The translations under genes were made by a program, and so were the position numbers. From Gnetum montanum (lineage: Eukaryota > Plantae > Gnetophyta): 64,000 nucleotides of DNA. Under the pieces are notes generated by a model. It made no database searches. It saw nothing but the letters and a program-made list of their open reading frames with translations, and was not told where the DNA came from. Location of the stretch: positions 176,799-240,798 of the forward strand of contig MNCI01000415.1 in the NCBI GenBank assembly GCA_015680685.1, read 5' to 3'. Positions 1 through 12,085 of the stretch are shown here, piece after piece (within the stretch, counting starts at the first letter, position 1; every line of letters starts with the position of its first letter).

Positions 1-319
1 ACTAGCCAAGTCCTAAACAGTATAAGATAATTTATACTCATCCCGATGAGTATATCCCTGACTACACTTTTACCCTCCATCAAGATGAACAGTTGCACTG
101 GAGAGATCTGTTTGGTAACATAGTTTTACCATAGATCGATTTGTTTCGAACATGCTCTTCCGTGCCTTAGCACAGATTGGCATGCAGGACTTATTCGCTG
201 AATACGTTGCTAGAGAATATGATATAAGGGATTATCATCCCATCCCTTTGCAACATATGAGGGACAAAAGGCAGGAGAGCCAACACTCATTATTGAAGGG
301 CAAGGTCCCCCATGTCCTT

Positions 320-1186
320 NNNNNNNNNNNNNNNNNNNNNNNNNNNNNNNNNNNNNNNNNNNNNNNNNNNNNNNNNNNNNNNNNNNNNNNNNNNNNNNNN
401 NNNNNNNNNNNNNNNNNNNNNNNNNNNNNNNNNNNNNNNNNNNNNNNNNNNNNNNNNNNNNNNNNNNNNNNNNNNNNNNNNNNNNNNNNNNNNNNNNNNN
501 NNNNNNNNNNNNNNNNNNNNNNNNNNNNNNNNNNNNNNNNNNNNNNNNNNNNNNNNNNNNNNNNNNNNNNNNNNNNNNNNNNNNNNNNNNNNNNNNNNNN
601 NNNNNNNNNNNNNNNNNNNNNNNNNNNNNNNNNNNNNNNNNNNNNNNNNNNNNNNNNNNNNNNNNNNNNNNNNNNNNNNNNNNNNNNNNNNNNNNNNNNN
701 NNNNNNNNNNNNNNNNNNNNNNNNNNNNNNNNNNNNNNNNNNNNNNNNNNNNNNNNNNNNNNNNNNNNNNNNNNNNNNNNNNNNNNNNNNNNNNNNNNNN
801 NNNNNNNNNNNNNNNNNNNNNNNNNNNNNNNNNNNNNNNNNNNNNNNNNNNNNNNNNNNNNNNNNNNNNNNNNNNNNNNNNNNNNNNNNNNNNNNNNNNN
901 NNNNNNNNNNNNNNNNNNNNNNNNNNNNNNNNNNNNNNNNNNNNNNNNNNNNNNNNNNNNNNNNNNNNNNNNNNNNNNNNNNNNNNNNNNNNNNNNNNNN
1001 NNNNNNNNNNNNNNNNNNNNNNNNNNNNNNNNNNNNNNNNNNNNNNNNNNNNNNNNNNNNNNNNNNNNNNNNNNNNNNNNNNNNNNNNNNNNNNNNNNNN
1101 NNNNNNNNNNNNNNNNNNNNNNNNNNNNNNNNNNNNNNNNNNNNNNNNNNNNNNNNNNNNNNNNNNNNNNNNNNNNNNNNNNNNNN
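320..1186. other. Assembly gap (N run); further gaps at 1902-2378, 4253-4255 and 28735-28738
   Basis: Runs of N in the sequence. Confidence 1.
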
Positions 1187-4100
1187 GTAATCCAAGGCAG
1201 TTCCACCAACCCTTAACATATTACCCAAGTGGAACGCCTCCACAGCCTATTGGACAACATCAGCAGTGGCAATACCCATAGTCATGGGGGATGCCACCAC
1301 CAACACATCAGTATCCTTACTGGTAGCCTGATCCTTATGGTTATTATGTGCAGCAGCCCATTTCTCCAGGTGACTCGATGGGTCACACTAGTCCCCCATG
1401 TCACTACCAAGTTCAGGAGTACTTCAGGAGGACTCCTTCTCCTTCGGGAGATATCTCACATTCAGCCCATCCTCTAACTCCACTCACATCTCTTCCACCT
1501 ATAGTTCCCATGCAACCTATTCCAACAATGCAGGGGGAATTACCTACCCAACCGTAGCAACGTAACGCCGCGAGAGCTGTAAATATTCAGCATGTAAATA
1601 TCCAACCGAGTGCTGGTTCTGACAACTGTAAAAAGAGAAGACCTTATTTTAGAACCAAAAGCCTAGAAAAACTCTCGCAACAACAAGACGTTGGGTACAT
1701 GTATAGGCCTCTAACCACTAACGCTTCGAAGAACCCTTCAGTCCAACAACTAAGTACGCAAACGGTTATGTTGACACATATCGTAACTGACTGGATAAAG
1801 GTGGGCCACCTTCCCAGGAAACTATTTGACCCTGGGAACCCCTTAATTCATTTATAGATTGCCAGAAATGCACCACATTGAGCTCTTCTTGACTTAGGTT
1901 CNNNNNNNNNNNNNNNNNNNNNNNNNNNNNNNNNNNNNNNNNNNNNNNNNNNNNNNNNNNNNNNNNNNNNNNNNNNNNNNNNNNNNNNNNNNNNNNNNNN
2001 NNNNNNNNNNNNNNNNNNNNNNNNNNNNNNNNNNNNNNNNNNNNNNNNNNNNNNNNNNNNNNNNNNNNNNNNNNNNNNNNNNNNNNNNNNNNNNNNNNNN
2101 NNNNNNNNNNNNNNNNNNNNNNNNNNNNNNNNNNNNNNNNNNNNNNNNNNNNNNNNNNNNNNNNNNNNNNNNNNNNNNNNNNNNNNNNNNNNNNNNNNNN
2201 NNNNNNNNNNNNNNNNNNNNNNNNNNNNNNNNNNNNNNNNNNNNNNNNNNNNNNNNNNNNNNNNNNNNNNNNNNNNNNNNNNNNNNNNNNNNNNNNNNNN
2301 NNNNNNNNNNNNNNNNNNNNNNNNNNNNNNNNNNNNNNNNNNNNNNNNNNNNNNNNNNNNNNNNNNNNNNNNNNNNNNGGATCTCTCCCTTACAACTCAG
2401 TCATGGGGGAGATGGCCATCTATGCTAATCATATGGGGCCCTCAGTTCTTTTTAAGTTTTTGTTTTACACGTTTTTGTTTTCCACATTTTTTTTACATGT
2501 TTTTGTTTTACACGTTTTTGTTTTACAAATTTCTTTAACTTTCTCTATTTTTGTTTTATACCATTGTTACACTTTTCCATTTTTTGTGTGAGTGAGTGTG
2601 TGTATCCACCATGTAAGTTCGTCACCCAATAAGTGTTTGGACTGATGGTATGAACTATTTTCATATTGATTGCTAATGTTTGGTCTTTACCTTTAAGTCA
2701 CAATGTTGATACTAAGGTATGTTTCTTTTGATATGGTAGGCAATGAGATCACTTCATCTATTCATCCACCAATTTCTATGGTTTCTCCTGGCCTGGAAAT
2801 GTACAGTACCCTTCTACTAAGAACTTTAACGAATTGGTGACTGGGTATTTCTCAAACTAAGGAAGGACTCAAGGATTGCAAAGGGTGTGACTTCAAGGGA
2901 ACTTGATGCATTTGTGTTGGCCGTTTGCTTGGGTGCTTAGATGTTTCTTCTTGAGTTTACTTGCCATTCCGATGTTACCCATTCTTTGGAAGCTGAGAAA
3001 ATAAAAATAAGAAGTCTTTGCATGGTGTGGTCCCCACGCATAAAAATACAAAACAAAAAAAAGAAAAAAAAAATAAACAAAAACAAAACCAAAGTGTGGA
3101 TTCAAAGCACACCCCTTAGAAGGAATAAATTGGGGCTGCAAGCATTGGTTATGGAACCAAAAGTGTTCCCTCTAACTCAGGTCCTTCTTGGTTCCCATCG
3201 CCTCCTTTGTGTCGTCGAAATGGTGGTGGCTCTTTGAAGATGCATCCTTGTTATCCATGTGGATGGTTTAACCGAATGCATTGATGCGAAGTCACTGGAA
3301 GTGGTTGGTTTGAGGCCAGAGTTGGAATGAGATTTGCCAAGTCACATTAATCATGCAACACACAAGGGGCTGTACACCAGCTTGTTCTTGGGATTCCATT
3401 CCATTCTTTTCTCTTCTCTTCATCCTTCTCTCCATTGTTCCCCTCATTGCTGGTTGTATCATTAGTGTATATATTTTGGTTGATGCATTATTTTCTTTTT
3501 TGGTAAATTCTTCCAGTTAAGACTTTAACTCTTGTTCCAAAGGACATTCCTAGAGCCTACGGACTCTTTAGATGTGGGATTGTCAGGGCACTAAGGGCAT
3601 GAGCCTGCTTTGGGGAGGACCCACTGACATTCCTATTTGGAACATTAGTTAACTTCTTTTCCTAAAAATTTTGCAATTGATTTTATTTTGTTCATTTCCA
3701 TCTTGACATCTCTTTTATCGATGTCCTAGTTGTCCATTTTTATTTCTTTTTCTTACTCCTTTTCTTTCTCCATTCTCTCGCTACTAGAGGTTTGCGATTA
3801 GTCATGGGAGTACGGGGCCTGATTTTTTGATTTTTCTTCTACGCCCCAAATTTTTTCGTTTCTCTTCTTAACCCCTACACCTTCAGTAGTCATCATTTGT
3901 ATATTCCCAGATCCGTATCATCCATACCACAACCCAACCAATGGACTTACACCAAAGCAAGGTATAACCACAATGAAATTCATTTACCCTTGCTAACATA
4001 AGACTATGTTGTATGTGCAGATGGTGATCATGCAACAACGGACCAGATCTGGAGGAAGCACTTGGAATGGAGCAGTGCTGTAAGTAGTTATGTAAGGAGC

Positions 4101-4263
4101 AGGATTGATGACATGCTTACGGATGGACAACGAAAGGCACAATCTAGGCGTTGGCGGCAACAAGACCTCTTCTCTCTTCTTCTCTTCTCTTCTCTCTCCT
4201 CTTTTCTCTCAGCTACCAATTGTGGCCTGATGTCAATGTAATAAGGTGTTCANNNTGGGGGTA

Positions 4264-5174
4264 TGATGAGATGCGATATGCACAAGCTGCGATATCACGT
4301 ACGTGATATTGCGGTCCACCGCCAAATCTATAAATAAGAGGCAGCACTCCCCTCATTTCTCATCCTAGGCTAGAAGTAGCAAAGCTCTGGCAGATTGATC
4401 ATCCCAGAGATAGAATATTTTTCCATGTGCCCGCAGTAGGAGTCACCCAAGTGAATGGTTCTTTATTTGAGCAGCTTTGTACCTGAATGCAAGTTGTGTA
4501 TGACAATAAAGATGAGCTTTGTTGATAAACCTTGTAGTACATGGATAGGTTTATTTAATCTTATTTATTGATTTCCTAGTAACGCGGCATGAGTAAGACT
4601 TGGTTACGAGCATTGACGAATGTGTACGGCTAGCCAAGGAATTGGCTACTCATCACAATTAGATTCTCTCACCCTTATCTCCTAGAACGTGGGATGAGTA
4701 CGACTTGATTACGAGCATCTACAGATGTGTACGGCTAGTCAAGGAATTGGCTGCTCATCACACTTAGGCTAGTTAGGTGCCTCAGTACGACCGCTTCGAG
4801 CACGTGCATTACGTGTGGTAATCCCAGTAACAATTAGCGTTTGGTAGCCATAGTTGCATAGTTCAGGGTGTGTACGGTAAGTGAGAACGGATGCTAACGC
4901 TAGGACTTAGTGCTGTAGTTAGATTTAGTTTATTATCTCAACCCTTCACCCTTTAGCATGGGAGATAAAACCATAAAAGACCAAAAAAATCATATACCTT
5001 GGACTTACTTAACCATACATCGTGACAACAACAAGTAAGTCTGGGAAGACAATGATTAATTAACCCCAAGTGTTCCTTGCGACGTTTAGGCATTTAGTTT
5101 GTGGAGTTCAACCGAATCGCACGTGCTACGCTCGTTTCGTATGGTTGAGTGTAGGGGTACCTCGCCACTCATCA
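4264..5174 (+). repeat. 3' LTR of Athila-type element 1 (911 bp)
   Basis: Termini are TGATG...CATCA, with TATAAATA at 4329-4336 and AATAAA at 4505-4510. It is homologous to the reverse complement of solo LTR 22199-22995 and to LTRs ending at 15794 and 28538. Confidence 0.92.
4575..4768 (+). repeat. Tandem duplication (~106 bp period, 2 copies) inside the LTR
   Basis: cctag.aacg.gg.atgagta.gactt..ttacgagcat....tgtgtacggctag.caaggaattggct.ctcatcac occurs at 4575 and 4681. Confidence 0.9.
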
Positions 5175-7480
5175 CTATTGATATTATGAATTTCTTGTAC
5201 TACTTTTTAGACTTATGTTGGATAGTTGTTATGCACTTGATGAATAACGTGTTATGTCCTTACTATGATTGATTTACCATAGTCTTTATAGATGACATTT
5301 CAGTTTACTCTAAGGAGAACTAGGAGGATGAAGAGCATCTAAGAATAATTTTGTAGAATTTAAGAAAGCATTAGTTATATGCATAGATAACAAAGTGTTC
5401 TTTTTTGGAAATAAAAGATATAGTTTTTGGATCATGTAGTATCTAGTGAAGGAATGTCTATAGATTCCATAAAGACTAAGGAAGTTTAGGAATGGCGAAT
5501 GTTGAAGGTTATGATAAAAGTTAGAAGCTTCTTAGAATTGGCATGTTACTATAGAAGATTTGTAGAGAATCTTTCCAAGATTTCTAGACTATTAACTAAG
5601 TTGCTTCTTTAGGACATAGAGTTTGTTGGGATATATGCATGTTAGGAAACATTTAAGTAGTTAAAGAGAAGAATAATCATAATACCTATATTGGTTTCAC
5701 CTATTCTAGGAAACCCATAAGATGTATATGCTAATTATTTAGGAGATGGATTTGGATATGTATTGATATAGAAAGAAAAGATGAGAGAAGATGCATTTAG
5801 ATAGTTAAGTTTGCATGAGAGAAAGTAATCAACACATGATTTGGATCTTGAAGTTATTTTATTTGCTTTGAAGATTTGGAAAAACTATATTTATGAATAG
5901 TAGATCATCTTGTGGATTGATTATAAGGAATTTCAATACCTTATAAAACAACACCAATTGAATCTATGCTAAGTTGTTAACAAATTTCAACATCACTCTA
6001 TAGTGTCAAAATGGTAAAGGAAATTTAGTGGCAGATGCTATGAGTAAAGTTGTAGACATATTGTGTAGTTTGATTCTTTAGCATAGTTTATGGATAAAGA
6101 TATAGGATTAAAAAAAATCCAAATAGTTGAAATTTGGAATAGGATAAAATATGATGATTAGTTTCATGTTGATAGTGTAGAATTTTTGAGATTTAAAAAT
6201 AGACTATCTGTGGCAGAGTTTCTTTGTAATAAGGGGCTATATGAGATTTATATGAGTAACTACTAGTTGCATCTAGGTAGTGAGAAGATGTAGCAAATCC
6301 TATAGAAAATATATTTGTGGCTTTGAATGAAAAGGAATATCATAGACCATGTAACTAAATGTATGATATGTTAGCAAGACAAAGTAAAATAGTAGAGGCT
6401 TGGTGGATATCTAAATTCATGTGCGGTGCTAGAGTGGAAGTGAAAAGTAATTGACATAGACTTGATCATAGGATTAGCTCGCATTAAGAATGGGACATAT
6501 GCTATTTTTGTAATGGTAAATATTTTGACCAAATCTTTTCATTTCTTAGCTACAAATGTAACTAGTGTTGAGGATCTAGCTTAACTCTTTATGGTTGAGA
6601 TTGTGATACTTCATGATGTTTTAGAAAAGATCATATTAGATAAAAATCTTAAGTTTACTTCTATATTTTGGTGTATTTTCTAGGAAGTCATGGGAATAAA
6701 ATTGAATCTAATTTTAACTTATCATCCTTAGACAAATAGACAAACATAGAGAGTGAACTAGATCCTTTAGGACCTATTGAAGGCTTATACACTATAGTGT
6801 ATAGATAGTTGGAAGCATAATCTACCATTAGTAGAATTATCATACAACAACAATTATTAGTTTAGTTTCAAGGTAGCATACTATGAAGTTCTTTATTACA
6901 AAATATGTAAAACACCTTTATGTTAGGATTTCATGGAAGATAGGTAGAAAGTAGACATAGAAATTATGATACAAATAATAAAGTAGATCAAGATAATCAA
7001 AGATATATTAAAAGAATCTTAGGATAGGTGTATAAAATATGCAAATATTAGGAGGGGTCCATGGAGGAGATATGATATTTTTAAGAGTCTCACTTCTTAA
7101 GAGGCTAATCAACTTTGGTAAGAAAGTGAAATTGGCTTTTAGTATGCTAGAATCTTTTGCATACTAAAGAAGATTAAAGAAACAACTTATTAGATTAATC
7201 TTTTAGTATAGCTATAGAATGTTCATAATGTATTTCATGTTTCGATGCTTTGCAAGTATGTTCTAAACCTAGAGCATTTTATTAATAGTAGGATATAGAG
7301 TTACAACTAGACATAACCTATATGGAAAGATCCATCAATATTGTGGATTAGATGGAAAAACAATCATGCAGTAAATTCATACCTATGGTAAAGGTGATTT
7401 GGAAAAGGCACAATGCTAAAGAAGTTACATGAGAATTAGAATAAGATTTGCATGCAACCTATCTTGGAATCTTCTAGAAG
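5175..7480 (+). pseudogene. Degenerate chromovirus (Tekay/Del-like) pol: RT C-half, RNase H, integrase, chromodomain
   Basis: Motifs read through stops: YEFLV..F, VFIDDI.VYSK..EEHLRIIL (5282); THDLDL.VILFALKIWK (~5833); integrase H..H..C..C and WK.IDIDLIIGL, YHPQT..QTERVNQIL (~6720); HNVFHVSML (~7224); MVKVIWKRHNAKEVTWE chromodomain (~7385-7435). Confidence 0.88.
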
Positions 7481-7676
7481 GAATATTTTTAAAAGAAGAA
7501 TGGAGTAGGGTCATTCCAATTTGATTAAATCTTTAAAACACATCAAATCAAGGTTGTATTCAAGGAAAAATTATTTCTAGAAAATAGAAAAACTATCTTT
7601 AATAAATTGAAAGAAGATTACAATTACAAAGAAACCAAAATTTCATGGAACATACACAATAATAACAACACATGCA

Positions 7677-7712
7677 TGTGTGTGTGGGCGCGCGCGCGCA
7701 CACACACACACA
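7677..7712. repeat. Compound (TG)n(GC)n(CA)n microsatellite, self-complementary
   Basis: tgtgtgtgtg-gg-cgcgcgcgcg-cacacacacacaca. Confidence 0.9.
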
Positions 7713-8439
7713 AGGATATTTTAGAAAAAGAGTATCTGCAATTATACATGATTATCCTTGATGTAAGGATTAATTGGCTAGGATTTCTTCTCTTTCACAT
7801 AGGGATAACATACAACAAACAAGATCCCACATACAATGGCTAATAATACATACATGATTGATCACCAAAACTCTCCACTCAAAAACATGCAACAAAAATC
7901 ATGATTTAACTTGAAAAAAAGCTAAAAATTTAAGAAAAACTTTCCTAAATTGGCTCAAAATATTTTCCATCTTAGACACTTTAAGAACTCTAGTGCAGTT
8001 CTTGGAAAAATTCCAAAGTTTTTACATTTCAAAATTTCTTTTCAAACCAATGTACACACCCTTTGGACAAAAAATCTTCTAGCTTGGTTTTACTAAATGA
8101 AAACCCATTTCCACCACTTACCTTAGTGTAGTTGATTGAAAAACATAGTGGTCTACTACACATCCTCTAGTGTAAATACTACTAGAAAAACTAGTATAGT
8201 TGGTCTTACCAACTTGAAAACCATAACACCATTTTCTTAAGCATAGTATATACCATTTACATTGCAGTATCAATTTCAATAGATTTTTCCATTTATAGTC
8301 AACTACACCGTTGGGCAATCCCACTCACTGAAATTTTTACTAACAATAGTAAAAAGTAAAAAAAAAAAACATCTTTGATAATTCCTTTCAGTAAGTTAAT
8401 AGTTTTACCCATTGACATGACAAATATGACATCCAGTCA

Positions 8440-11400
8440 AGATGCTGTGAGGGTCTATGATCCTAAAGACCTTACCATGGTTGAACATAGATAGTTACTT
8501 AGGCTAAGAGGGTAGAGCCTATATTTTTTAGTCATTGACGTAAATTATTATAATTTCATTTGTGCCAAGATCTAGATAGGCTTTCTCATTCCATAGGCAG
8601 AGGTAGAGTCTAAGTGTGAATATGAACTTATTCACTGTAATGGGAAGGAGTAAATTCCTTCCCTATATGACAAGATATAATTGTCTAATTCCCATACATG
8701 TATTTTGTCTCATCTAATCAAGATGGATGAACAAGATGGAATGTCAAGCTTTGAGGGTTAGTATGAGGAACAAGATGAGTTCAAGGTGGAGCTTGAACTA
8801 GAAGACTTTGTAGGAAGCCTATTTCAATCGTTGGTTTCCCAAACCATTGTACCCACCTTGGTCTCTCCTACCTACTTCATGGGAAAAGGTCCTCAACCTT
8901 TATTTCTTGTTCATCCAACCATGTTTGAGCTAACAACACCCATTATAGTAGTGCATCAAGTGCAATCGATGACCCAAACCACACCAATTTTCTCATTCAT
9001 GCCTTTTTTCACATAACCATGGTTAGCTTGACAATCACTAATGTTTATTACCACCACTCACCCCTTCTCTATAATAGTGGGCCCCATGGTGGAACCACAA
9101 AAAATCCAAAGATTACAAACACCCTTTGCTCCCTTCATACCACAAGTTCCAATGTAGACCTCTTTCTCCCTATTCAATCCACTTGCAATGGTGGTCATCC
9201 AACCTCTTCTATCTATATCAATATCCATCACATAGCCCCAAGCCTCACAACTTCCTCCTTAACCATCAACACAAAGATCAAAACCCATAAGAATTCCCCA
9301 AGGCTTAGATTAAGCCTTCCAAATGATCCAAGATGTTACCAAAGAGCTTTGAAAACTTAGGACCAGTACAACTTAGATTGTCAAGGTTTTAAAATTTTAC
9401 CAAGATGATCCTATAATCCCTACTATGCCTCAAATGACCTTACCTATTGGTATGCCCATACAAAAATTTACCTAATACAATGGTAAAGGAGATCCCAATG
9501 CATACTTGGTTACCTTTTGATTTGAATGCCTCTTTTTGCAAGCTTGGCCTCATATGATACTGATAATTTTTGGCATGTCCCTTAATGGAAAAGCTCTAGC
9601 TTGGTACTGAACCTTTCCTAGGGGTTCCATCTCTTATCTTGAGAACTTGATTAATCAATTTTTCAACTACTTTAGATGAAACTTGAAGCTAGATGCTACA
9701 TTGGATCAATTGATGAAGGTGAAGTTGGGGTTACTTGAACCAGTCAAAAAATTCATTTAGAGATGGAATTCAATCCTCAATGAGATTCTAGAATCCATCT
9801 TTGAAACCCATTCCTTGGCCATCTACAAGGAAGTAGTAAATTACTTTATGAAGTTAAAGCTTTACTACCTAGAGCCCTAGTCACTAAGCCAAGCCTTCTC
9901 ACAAACTAAGAACATTGAGGAGGAAATTGAGGCTAGCAACAATCTAGCCTATGTGGCCTATAAAAATCAACATGTAAGGAGAGATAACAATAAAACCATG
10001 TAAGGACATACAACCATGGTGGCAGTGACAAAACAGTTAAATCAAGAAAAAAGATGGGGATCCTTGCCATGTAGTACATTCAAAGACTCATTGCAACTAT
10101 TCACTAACTATGCTTCAAATAAATCAAGACCAAACTTTGGGTGGATGGATAGGTCTAACTATACATGGTTTCCTATAAAGCCCTATGAACCTTTTAAAAA
10201 GTTACTTAAAGAAAATTGTCTACAAAATAAGTAATGTTTTGAGAAAGCTTGTAAGAGGCATGATCATTTTTGCAACATAGTTAGAGATCCAACGATGGCT
10301 ACCAAGGATGATCTAAAGTTACTGAAGTACTTTAGACTAGATAGGTTTTGCCATTATCATCAAATAGTTGGTTATGACACAAATGTTTTCCTAGAATTAA
10401 AGGATGACCTTTAGAAGATGATAGACCATGGAGAATTGCTGTTGAATGAGCCCAATTATCCAAGCACCAACAACAACTCTTACATTGTAGCTTCATTCAT
10501 AGAAACCAAATGGTCTAATCCTCCTAGGAAACCATTTATCATTAGAGTACCATTGCAGTCCAAAAACAAAAGCCTAGATAACCCTTTGTCATATGGGTAC
10601 CACCTCCTTCATCCTCTAAGAAGCCTTTCATCATACATGTTCCCACTTCAATGGCATCAACTTCATAGTCAAGACTATGGATTACCAATCCTTAAAAGCC
10701 TAGGGAATGATTTGTTATCTAGGTTCGTCCATCTTCGACAAGTAAAACCATGATAACATGTGAGTAAAGCCCATCTATAGTGGCCCACAACTTAGAGGTT
10801 AGCATAAAACCATCACCTCAATGGTGATGAAAACAACCTATTGCCAAAACCAACAACTAAGCCTACTAAAGGTGGTCAATAATAGAAGGCTTCAAAGTTA
10901 ACCAACTCACCTAGGTCTACACCAAGATCAACTATACCCATGGACAAGGGGACCTAGGCATGTACATTGAAACCTAAGCCACAAACTCTAGGAAGAATGG
11001 AGGAAGTTAAAACCAGTAAGGTTGAAAGGTTGCACACCAAGAGAAATAATTTCCTCATAACAATGATGCAAGCCAAATGATCACTAGAAAAAAAGAACAC
11101 ATCACCAAACTTGTATGACCTGGTCATTACTTCTCCTGCTCATAGATATGCACTAGCTCAAGTGCTACCATCTATCCCTATAAGTAGATACATGCTCGTC
11201 AACAAAGAATCAATTCACTCTATCATTAAGTAAGTCTCACTTAGAAAAATTGGGTATCAACCCATGCTCAACTTTTGTGATAGTGAGGTGAAGATTGACT
11301 CTTGAAGTGGAGAGGTTCTATTCACTCCTCTTCTCATTACTATACATGTTGGAAGATACATAGTTCACCATGGTCATGTGGATTATGAGGTGGAAATCAA

Positions 11401-11950
11401 TGTGGTACCATTTTACATTGTTGAAAAAATAGGCTTAACTAAGAACATCCAAGAAATCATGACGTCAATACTCAAGTCAATTAATGGCTCATGACTAGCA
11501 GTGTGAGGTTCTATCACCTTGGATTTCATGGCCGATGAGTAATTTTCTACATCTACCAACTTCCTAATGGTTAAAGAGATACTTGGCTTTAACTTAATCT
11601 TAGGAAGGGCATGGTTAGCTAAGCTTTGCATGGTCTCATCTCCTATACATCAAGAGATTCATTACCATACGAGGATAGGAAAATTTTGATCCATGGAGAG
11701 AATGTGTCAGTACCATCAATTAACTATGTCAACATTGACCAAGGTTCAGAGGTGGAGTTTCAAAAAGAAACTCTTGACACTTAGACTAGGGCCAAAGACA
11801 ATAAGAACAACAATGATGCGAATAATGCCAACTTTGTGAAGTGCCAACGAAAACACCTATAACTTGACATGCTAAATGAGAGAGATGGTGATCATAGAAT
11901 CATGTCAAAAGAATTCTTTAATATCTCAAAGCTTAGGAAATAGGTTCATG
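8440..11950 (+). pseudogene. Degenerate gag-protease of Tat-lineage copy A
   Basis: Gag core YNGKGDPNAYL...MSLNGKALAWY...RGSISYLENLINQF (~9476-9665); C-x-Y-H-x3-G zinc motif FCHYHQIVG (~10347); protease region HVD...INVVP and FNLILGRAWL (~11375-11620); many TAG/TAA/TGA stops. Confidence 0.85.
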
Positions 11951-12085
11951 GTAAATGTCTCATCTATTCTTTTTTCAATCATCTATTTACCTTTACAAAA
12001 TTATATCATGCTTCAATATTGGCTCTAGCCTTATATGGTCTTTTGAGAGCATCCCATACCTTCTAGGAAATGTATGGATCATGAC

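Larger units (their letters stand above)
1..5174 (+). mobile_element. Athila-type Ty3/gypsy LTR retrotransposon (element 1); 3' portion, 5' end outside the window, broken by three N gaps
   Basis: Segments 31-260, 1187-1901 and 2379-3720 are colinear homologues of ~16021-16250, ~17900-18620 and ~22157-24300 of the Athila-type element. The protease start DPGNPLIHL...ALLDLG is at ~1828-1901. The element ends in an LTR (4264-5174) preceded by the purine tract remnant tgggggta. Confidence 0.85.

Noticed and set aside
152-1243. Four long ORFs (292-354 aa) in the ORF track
   Set aside because: They are artefacts of translating through the N gap.
2403-3237. Hydrophobic or Lys-rich short ORFs (also 23512-23703, 43722-43907, 55826-56041)
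   Set aside because: They are translations of T-rich or A-rich noncoding tracts.
7480-7850. Possible Tekay PPT and 3' LTR, or 5' LTR of copy A
   Set aside because: There is only weak PPT resemblance near 7490-7500, no partner LTR or TSD, and no homology to the Tat-family LTR.
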